Position numbers and translations under genes: made by a program. Below the pieces are notes generated by a model. That model was given only the letters and a program-made list of their open reading frames with translations, was not told the origin of the DNA and made no database searches. A stretch of DNA of 55,059 nucleotides, from IMG/VR virus record IMGVR_UViG_3300047547_000250, positions 1-55,059 of that record; one strand, written 5' to 3'. Shown piece after piece: positions 48,710 through 55,059 of this stretch (positions are counted from its first letter, which is position 1; every line of letters begins with the position of its first letter). The DNA comes from a virus. Its lineage: Duplodnaviria; Caudoviricetes.

Positions 48710-49253
48710 TACTACCGATATTCCAGTAAACAAAGCTGCTATTAAACTCATTCACGCAGATGGCTTTTTCAAGGCAGGTGAATGTGAAGCAATGGCTAAC
48801 ACTGTTCGTACACTTCGTTTTGTTGACAAACCATATGGTAAGGAGATGGAACGTTTTTCAATTGTTCTACCTGGCATTGCACCCATATTTTCAAAAATGC
48901 TGGGTGAGGAAGTTGAAGTTGTTGAAGAATGTTCAGGTGTATTTCGTCGACCACTTGATACAGTAATTCACTTTGAGCATTTTGACACACTAGATGAATG
49001 GTGCTTTGTAGTTGCATTGGAACACAATACCCTGAACTTTTTCCATCATCTCAAAAAGGGTGGCACATATGGTGAAATTGATGCTAAGACTGTTTTAGAT
49101 GGTCATGAGTTCAACTACAGGAACATGTTTGAATGGCATATGCACTCCAATGTTCTTCTTGAACCCAATCAAGGTGTATTTTTTAGACCATGGTTGTTCC
49201 ATTCACTTCAAGATGGGTTAGTACAATACTATAGATTGAAGCGAAAGAAATAA
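48699..49253 (+). CDS. 2OG-Fe(II)/cupin-fold oxygenase-like protein
   Basis: D.FF, IHFE and N..VFFRPWLFHS, a putative H-x-E...H facial triad. Confidence 0.55.
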   Translation: MSADTTDIPVNKAAIKLIHADGFFKAGECEAMANTVRTLRFVDKPYGKEMERFSIVLPGIAPIFSKMLGEEVEVVEECSGVFRRPLDTVIHFEHFDTLDEWCFVVALEHNTLNFFHHLKKGGTYGEIDAKTVLDGHEFNYRNMFEWHMHSNVLLEPNQGVFFRPWLFHSLQDGLVQYYRLKRKK

Positions 49254-49255
49254 GA

Positions 49256-49284
49256 AAAAGGACCATTTGGTCCTTTTATTTTTT
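49256..49284. terminator. Bidirectional intrinsic terminator
   Basis: AAAAGGACCA-TT-TGGTCCTTTT followed by ATTTTTT, at the junction of convergent operons. Confidence 0.85.
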
Positions 49285-49476
49285 GCCCCATTCAATATTG
49301 TTCCATATTCGCTCATGTACATAAAAGAAACAAGTATTGAGAACTATTTGAGTGATTGCAATGGTACTAGATATCTGAATGTTACCTGTTGAAATCCATG
49401 CAACGGAGAATGTAGATACGCTTCCAATAAACCGCCATGTTATTGTTTTTAGTATAGAGCGTTTTGCCGAGTCCAT
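49276..49476 (-). CDS. DUF2061-like small membrane protein
   Basis: RSILKTITWR...YVHERIWN.I.WG; this family usually accompanies APS kinase. Confidence 0.85.
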   Translation of the reverse strand: MDSAKRSILKTITWRFIGSVSTFSVAWISTGNIQISSTIAITQIVLNTCFFYVHERIWNNIEWGKK

Positions 49477-49895
49477 AAGTTCTTGATATCTCGCATAATA
49501 CAGTTTACACTTTCATTCAGTGCATAGTTCTTGATTCGTAAATCAACACTAACTGGTGGTTCAAATATTGCATTGGTATCTGGAAATCGACCTTCATCAA
49601 TTGTATCGACCCATACAGTATAGTCCGCTGCAAAAATATTGCGGATTTCATTTGTTGGTGCAACAAAATCTGCAATAACAATATCAGCTGTGGATGTACT
49701 AGCCAAAGAATTCATTCGCGTAGCTTGTCTAATACGACCAATTGCACTGAAATCCCAATCGTTATATGCTTCGCGGATTGCATCAGCATTCAACCAATCT
49801 ACTGTCATGTCATGATCAATTAATGCGTCATGTAATGCGCTTGCAAGAGTTGTCTTACCGGCTCCTGGTAATCCCATAATCAAAATTTTAAGCAT
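49449..49895 (-). CDS. cysC: Adenylylsulfate (APS) kinase
   Basis: GLPGAGKT, NADAIR, DFS..GR..Q, ADFVAP and FEPP motifs. Confidence 0.85.
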   Translation of the reverse strand: MLKILIMGLPGAGKTTLASALHDALIDHDMTVDWLNADAIREAYNDWDFSAIGRIRQATRMNSLASTSTADIVIADFVAPTNEIRNIFAADYTVWVDTIDEGRFPDTNAIFEPPVSVDLRIKNYALNESVNCIMRDIKNLWTRQNALY

Positions 49896-50697
49896 AGTAT
49901 GTCATATCTGCTAGTGTATTGTATTGGTAACATCCTTTAAGATGTTCTGGAAACGCAATGGTATGTACTTTTGCATCATATGCAATTGCAACTTCGTCAG
50001 CAACTGATTGGAACGAGCGTGTAGTACCAGTGCCAAGATCAAAAATCCCATAGATGTCTCGATTGCTCATATTCCATTGTACTTCACATACGCGATCAAC
50101 ATGTACAAAATCTCGGAATATTGATTCGGATCCTTCAAATACTTTAATCACCCCATTGTTTAATGCTTGTTGCTTGAACTGATAGAATGGCGAGGCTTGT
50201 TTGTCTTTATGCCACTCAGAATCATTGGTTGCATATACATTGAAATACCTAAATCCTTGAACTGGGTAGTTATTATCCATAACAGCTTTGTCTACCAAGT
50301 ATTTGCTGTATGCATATAGGTTCAGCGGACCATCGTTGTTTCCATAAACACTCGCAGAGGATGAGTATGAAACAAATACATTGTTCATTATGCACGCATT
50401 CAATAAGTTGAGTGTATATGTAACATTTCGTGTCATAACTAAATTTCCATCCCAGCATGTTGTGTCACTCACTGCACCAAAATGGAATACTTTTTCAATA
50501 GTACCCGACTGTATTAAATTAACAACAAAATCTGGATGTACATAGTTTACAAACTTTGCACCTAATAGATTCTTGTATTGTCTACCATTGTCTAGATAAT
50601 CGGAAACAAGTATATTTTCTATACCAAGGTTGTTCAAATATTTTACAAAGTTAGAGCCAATGAAACCATAGGCACCTGTCACAAGAATAAATTTCAT
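49888..50697 (-). CDS. hldD: ADP-L-glycero-D-manno-heptose 6-epimerase
   Basis: TGAYGFIGSN, H.GA.SDTT, SSASVYG, PLNLYAYSK, GFRYFNVY, HK..QAS and RDFVHV motifs. Confidence 0.88.
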   Translation of the reverse strand: MKFILVTGAYGFIGSNFVKYLNNLGIENILVSDYLDNGRQYKNLLGAKFVNYVHPDFVVNLIQSGTIEKVFHFGAVSDTTCWDGNLVMTRNVTYTLNLLNACIMNNVFVSYSSSASVYGNNDGPLNLYAYSKYLVDKAVMDNNYPVQGFRYFNVYATNDSEWHKDKQASPFYQFKQQALNNGVIKVFEGSESIFRDFVHVDRVCEVQWNMSNRDIYGIFDLGTGTTRSFQSVADEVAIAYDAKVHTIAFPEHLKGCYQYNTLADMTYYA

Positions 50698-50993
50698 TCA
50701 TTAAACCAATCATCTGCGTTGAACGCTTTATCATCTATCCAGATATCGTAGCTGGGTTTATGCATTTTCAATTCATCAAACTTGGCACCCCATTCCGCTA
50801 ACTGTTTATGTGTTAACTCTGTGTAGTCAACTCCAGAATCCATCCCACGTGCAGTCCAATACACAATATAGTTACCAGCATCATATAGCTCGTTTATTCG
50901 AGCAATACGACTTTTAAATGGAATGGATTCTGCATATCCACCAATACCTTTAGGTGAACATATTGTCCCATCAATATCAATTACATACTTCAC
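50694..50993 (-). CDS. Minimal HAD-family phosphatase (possible GmhB function)
   Basis: DIDGT, WTARG, KP and IDDK, i.e. HAD motifs I-IV. Confidence 0.8.
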   Translation of the reverse strand: MKYVIDIDGTICSPKGIGGYAESIPFKSRIARINELYDAGNYIVYWTARGMDSGVDYTELTHKQLAEWGAKFDELKMHKPSYDIWIDDKAFNADDWFNE

Positions 50994-51345
50994 GTTGACT
51001 GTCTCCTGGCATTACTCGGTAGTTATCTTCAACTGAATCCGGTGTAGATACCTCAATGATATTACCTGCTTTGATACAAATCAACCTATGTGGCATCAAT
51101 GGTAAGTTTCTCCATGTATCGCCAATGTCTAGCTGTTGGGAATGTATAGATGCATCTTCAGTATCTATGTATTCAACAATAAATTTACCTGACAAAACAT
51201 ACCATGTCTCATCTTTCTGTGCATGGAAGTGCATTGAGAATTTTGCACCCTCATTAAAATGCATAAGTTTTCCACAATATTTGTCATTTGTTGCCCAAAT
51301 ATTCTCAAACCCCCAACCCTTTTCAACTAGTCCTGTCAGTTGCAT
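50977..51345 (-). CDS. Cupin sugar-phosphate isomerase-like protein
   Basis: KGWG.E, YCGK, SMHFH..KDETWYV and P..PHRL....EVST motifs. Start revised to 51345 (AAAGGA RBS). Confidence 0.8.
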   Translation of the reverse strand: MQLTGLVEKGWGFENIWATNDKYCGKLMHFNEGAKFSMHFHAQKDETWYVLSGKFIVEYIDTEDASIHSQQLDIGDTWRNLPLMPHRLICIKAGNIIEVSTPDSVEDNYRVMPGDSQREVCN

Positions 51346-52522
51346 TTTGAATCCTTTCAATGATAGCCGATGATGAATATGTACCCAGTGTTGGAACCAG
51401 TACAACTTTAGCAAGTTCACTACCAACAACATTTTTGTCTTTGTAGTCCTCACCTTTGACAATGATATCAGGTTTAATTCGTTTGATTACTTCGATAGGA
51501 GTATCTTCTGAAAAAATATGAAATTCATCTATTAGGTTCAATGCAGACAACATTGAAATGCGATCTTTCAAAATATTAATAGGTCGCATAGGTCCTTTGA
51601 GACGTGTAATAGATGCATCATCGTTGATACCAACAATCAGTTTATTGCCCATATGTTTGGCTTCACGCAATAGTTTAATGTGCCCAGGATGTAATACATC
51701 AAAACACCCATTGGTGAATACCACGACTTCTTTATGAATACCAATATCTGCTGGTGTTATTACATATGTACCATGGTGTTTAACTGCAACACCGGATGCT
51801 TTATTTGCTAACCTAACTGCATCAACAAACTCCATACCTTTATGTACACCATACGCAAGAACTGCTGTGAATGTATCACCTGCGCCGGTAACATCGGATA
51901 CTTCTACTGCTTCTGATGGAATGTGAACAAACCCAATACTAGGTGCAAACACAGCAACACCATCACTACCCATAGTAACAACCAAATAATCTGTATGCAA
52001 ACGTTTATATGCTTGCTCCATTTGTTGTTTAATGTTTTTAAGTGTTACTGTAGTTCCAACAAATGATTCAAACTCTTTTAGATTGGGTTTGATACAGTAA
52101 GCATAGCTATACACATCAAGTGATCGTTTTGGATCTACAATAATTTTTGTTGTAGTATGTACCAATGTAAATGGATATTTGAATTCATTGAATGCACCTT
52201 TGTTGTAGTCACTGAAGACAACAACTGATGCATTGTTTTTCTCGTGTTTCCATTGAATATCTTTTGGTGTTACATCAATGCGAGTAATATAATGACCATC
52301 TGCATATACTCGTTTTTTCACTGGGTATTCATTTGCAGTTGTGCAAAGGCTGACGTCTGACGTCAGCGATTGAATATTTTTAAAAACGTTGTTGGCACCA
52401 CCACATTTAAATTCACTGGATTGGAAGTCAACAACTGGTACCGGTGCTTCAGGGCTCAATCTCGTTGATGTTCCATAAATGTATTCATCTATGATGATAT
52501 CGCCATACACTGCAATGCTCAT
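51323..52522 (-). CDS. hldE: Bifunctional heptose-7-phosphate kinase / heptose-1-phosphate adenylyltransferase
   Basis: RLSPEAPVPV, GGA.NV, SDYNKG and DVTGAGDT (PfkB domain), then FTNGCFDVLHPGH, RLKG..RPI and VKG.DY (nucleotidyltransferase domain). Confidence 0.93.
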   Translation of the reverse strand: MSIAVYGDIIIDEYIYGTSTRLSPEAPVPVVDFQSSEFKCGGANNVFKNIQSLTSDVSLCTTANEYPVKKRVYADGHYITRIDVTPKDIQWKHEKNNASVVVFSDYNKGAFNEFKYPFTLVHTTTKIIVDPKRSLDVYSYAYCIKPNLKEFESFVGTTVTLKNIKQQMEQAYKRLHTDYLVVTMGSDGVAVFAPSIGFVHIPSEAVEVSDVTGAGDTFTAVLAYGVHKGMEFVDAVRLANKASGVAVKHHGTYVITPADIGIHKEVVVFTNGCFDVLHPGHIKLLREAKHMGNKLIVGINDDASITRLKGPMRPINILKDRISMLSALNLIDEFHIFSEDTPIEVIKRIKPDIIVKGEDYKDKNVVGSELAKVVLVPTLGTYSSSAIIERIQNATDRTS

Positions 52523-52546
52523 AAAAACCTTTACTAAATATATGAT

Positions 52547-52555
52547 ATTATAACA
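52547..52555 (-). promoter_or_regulatory. Extended -10 promoter for the hldE operon
   Basis: Minus strand TGT-TATAAT about 25 nt upstream of the hldE ATG. Confidence 0.5.
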
Positions 52556-52585
52556 CATTCTGTATCGTCACTATGCAAATGTGAC

Positions 52586-52591
52586 TAAATA
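52586..52591 (+). promoter_or_regulatory. Late promoter core TAAATA
   Basis: CTAAATA followed by an AAAGGA RBS and ATG 52619. Confidence 0.55.
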
Positions 52592-52618
52592 CTTAGAATA
52601 ACCTAAAAGGAAACTAAA

Positions 52619-53050
52619 ATGGCAGGCAAAGGCGATACTTTTGAAAACGATCTATTGAAGTTGATCTTCAATGCAACAGCAATTGCAAACATTGCAGACA
52701 ATGCTGCAACATCCCCACTAACCAGCTTGTATGTATCTCTACATACCGCAGATCCTGGCGAAGCTGGTAACCAAACTACTTCTGAAGCAACATACACTGG
52801 TTATGCTCGTGTTGCAGTTGCTCGAACATCTGGTGGATGGACTGTAACAACCAACACTGCTGTACCCGTTGCTGCAATTACGTTTGGTGCATGTACTGCT
52901 GGTTCTAGCACCATTACACACTTTGCTATTGGTACTGCTGTATCTGGTACTGGTAAAGTTCTATATGCTGGTGCAGTATCCCCATCCATTACTGTAACAA
53001 ACGGTATTACTCCTCAGTTAACTACCAGCACTACTATCACTGAAGACTAA
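52619..53050 (+). CDS. Small phage tail-fibre-associated structural protein
   Basis: END.LKLIFNATAIANIADNAA.SP...LYVSLHTADPGE...EA.YTGYARVAV.R motif. Confidence 0.75.
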   Translation: MAGKGDTFENDLLKLIFNATAIANIADNAATSPLTSLYVSLHTADPGEAGNQTTSEATYTGYARVAVARTSGGWTVTTNTAVPVAAITFGACTAGSSTITHFAIGTAVSGTGKVLYAGAVSPSITVTNGITPQLTTSTTITED

Positions 53051-53160
53051 TGATAGTATCAACTACTGGTAGAGCTTACGCAGTCAAAAAACGAACTAGG
53101 TTTCAGCGGTTTAAACTGAAATTGAAACAAGCCCTTGACTGCTTGATTTTCTGGAAGTAA
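53050..53160 (+). CDS. Small basic 36-aa ORF (not in track)
   Basis: TAATG-coupled; MIVSTTGRAYAVKKRTRFQRFKLKLKQALDCLIFWK*; ends exactly at a terminator. Confidence 0.5.
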   Translation: MIVSTTGRAYAVKKRTRFQRFKLKLKQALDCLIFWK

Positions 53161-53182
53161 GGGGCACTGGCCCCTTATTTTT
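53158..53182 (+). terminator. Intrinsic terminator
   Basis: TAAGGGGC-ACTG-GCCCCTTA followed by TTTTT. Confidence 0.8.
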
Positions 53183-53238
53183 ATACACACTATCTGAAAT
53201 CATTGTTCACTAAAACATAAAAACTAAAAATTTGGACT

Positions 53239-55059
53239 ATGATTACACATAGCTATTCTCTTGAAGATTACTTTTCCGAGATATACGGAGAAGCAATAGT
53301 TGCCGAGAATGGCTCATCTGCCGCTAGTTCATCTGCAACGTCTACCATAACTGGACTTATTTCCAGTACAGGTACAAGTTCTAGCGCTGCTACATCAACT
53401 GGCGTACTTCGTGGAACATCAAATCAAGCGGGTACATCAACAGCTACATCAACAGCTGCAGCTGGTATAACTGGATATTGGCCAACGACTGGTACATCTA
53501 CTAATAATGCCAACGTTATTGCAACTGGTATTACCATTGCTTCCGGTCAGTTCACTGGTACAACACCTGCTACATCCACTGCAACGTCAGTAATATCAGC
53601 TACTGGTAGATTCGCTGGTACATCAGATTCTACATCAACTGCTACTGCAACGCTAGCTGGTACTGATAGAGCTGATGGTACTGTTAGCGCAGTTGCTACT
53701 GCAACGTCAGTAATATCAGCTTCTGGTAATTTAGTTGGTACATCAGCTTCTACATCAACTGCTACTGCTACCCTAGCTGGTACTGATAGAGCTGCTGGTA
53801 CTGTTAGTGCAGTTGCTACAGCAACATCTACAGTTATAGCAACTGGTAGATTCGCTGGTACTTCAACTGCAACTTCAACATCAGTTGCTGGTATAACTGG
53901 GTACTGGCCAACAACTGGGTCTGTAACTAGTACATCATCTGCAACATCAACACAAACTGCAACTGGTACATCTGTTGGTACATCTGTTGGTACTGCAACT
54001 GCTACTGCAACGCTAGCTGGTACTGATAGAGCTGATGGTACTGTTAGCGCAGTTGCTAGTGCTGCTGCGACGCAGACTGCAACTGGTAGATTTGCAGGAA
54101 CGTCTACTAATAATGCTAACGTTATTGCAACTGGTGTCGCTATTGCATCAGGTCAGTTTACAGGATCATCAACAGCCGCTGCAACATCTACATCTACAGT
54201 TACAGCAACTGGTAGATTCGCTGGTACTTCAACTGCAACTTCAACTACAGCTGCTGGTATAACTGGGTATTGGCCAACAACTGGTACATCAGCTTCTACA
54301 TCAACTGCGGCTGCTACCCTAGAAGGTACTGATAGAGCCGCTGGTACTGTTAGTGCAGTTGCTACTGCAACCTCAACACAAACTGCAACTGGTAGATTTG
54401 CAGGAACGTCTACTAATAATGCTAACGTTATTGCAACTGGTGTCGCTATTGCATCAGGTCAGTTTACTGGTACAGCACCTGCTACATCCACTGCAACATC
54501 AACACAAATTGCAACTGGTAGATTTGCTGGTACTTCAACTGCAACATCAACATCAGTTGCTGGTATAACTGGGTACTGGCCAACGACTGGTACAGTGTCT
54601 AGCGCTGCAACTGCAACTGCTGGAATAATTGGTGTTATTGCATCTACAGGAAGCGTTACTGCTACAGCTTCAATATCTGGGACTTTCAGAGCTACATCAA
54701 ATCAAGTCGGTACATCAAATTCAGTTGCAACTGCTACTGCAACACTAGCTGGTACTGATAGAGCTGATGGTACTGTTAGTGCAGTTGCTACTGCTGCTGC
54801 AACACAAACCGCGACTGGTAATATAGTTGGTTCATCTACTAACACATCCACTGCGACTGCTACCCTAGAAGGTACTGATAGAGCTGCTGGTACTGTTAGT
54901 GCAGTTGCTACAGCAACATCTATTGCAACCAGCTACATTCCAACAACTGGTACATCTACTAATAATGCTAACGTTATTGCAACTGGCATTACTATTGCTT
55001 CCGGTCAGTTCACTGGAGCATCCTCAGGGTCAGCTACTGCAACATCGACACAAACTGCA
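53239..55059 (+). CDS. Long Ser/Thr/Ala/Gly-rich repeat fibre protein (3' partial, not in track)
   Basis: ATG 53239, MITHSYSLEDYFSEIYGEA..., open for about 607 codons to the window end; ~20-aa (60-nt) repeat units. Confidence 0.85.
   Translation, partial: MITHSYSLEDYFSEIYGEAIVAENGSSAASSSATSTITGLISSTGTSSSAATSTGVLRGTSNQAGTSTATSTAAAGITGYWPTTGTSTNNANVIATGITIASGQFTGTTPATSTATSVISATGRFAGTSDSTSTATATLAGTDRADGTVSAVATATSVISASGNLVGTSASTSTATATLAGTDRAAGTVSAVATATSTVIATGRFAGTSTATSTSVAGITGYWPTTGSVTSTSSATSTQTATGTSVGTSVGTATATATLAGTDRADGTVSAVASAAATQTATGRFAGTSTNNANVIATGVAIASGQFTGSSTAAATSTSTVTATGRFAGTSTATSTTAAGITGYWPTTGTSASTSTAAATLEGTDRAAGTVSAVATATSTQTATGRFAGTSTNNANVIATGVAIASGQFTGTAPATSTATSTQIATGRFAGTSTATSTSVAGITGYWPTTGTVSSAATATAGIIGVIASTGSVTATASISGTFRATSNQVGTSNSVATATATLAGTDRADGTVSAVATAAATQTATGNIVGSSTNTSTATATLEGTDRAAGTVSAVATATSIATSYIPTTGTSTNNANVIATGITIASGQFTGASSGSATATSTQTA

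Noticed and set aside
54035-54568. Leu/Gln-rich ORFs listed in the track
   Set aside because: Out-of-frame shadows of the long Thr/Ala repeat ORF starting at 53239.

Overview
AT-rich, densely coding segment of a large T4-like myophage genome. The spanin pair and sigma70-type promoters point to a Gram-negative host. Left to right: (1-6.2 kb) virion-type proteins. (6.2-13 kb) Probable capsid-internal proteins, Dps, a PD-(D/E)XK exonuclease and ClpP. (12.9-13.4 kb) A structured, origin-like intergenic region with an orphan leftward promoter. (13.4-16.6 kb) An HTH protein, a Zn-ribbon/T5 A1-like metallophosphoesterase and phoH, which is on the minus strand although the ORF track labels it +. (16.7-31.5 kb) A split DUF4815/VrlC-like virion protein, spanins and baseplate gp25/gp6/gp7-like/gp8-like genes. 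(31.5-44.4 kb) Nine paralogous seven-bladed RCC1 beta-propeller genes arranged as three A-B-C triplets; blade scaffolds are near-invariant, loops are hypervariable, and identical DNA tracts are shared between blades. (44.4-52.5 kb) Two convergent operons encoding glycosyl-, methyl- and sulfotransferases plus their donor pathways (ADP-heptose, PAPS). (52.6 kb-end) A fibre module including a long Ser/Thr-rich 20-aa-repeat ORF that is missing from the track. The best candidate for an undescribed system is the recombination-diversified RCC1 receptor array beside a self-supplied heptosylation/sulfation cassette. All family calls come from motif recognition by eye; no database searches were run.
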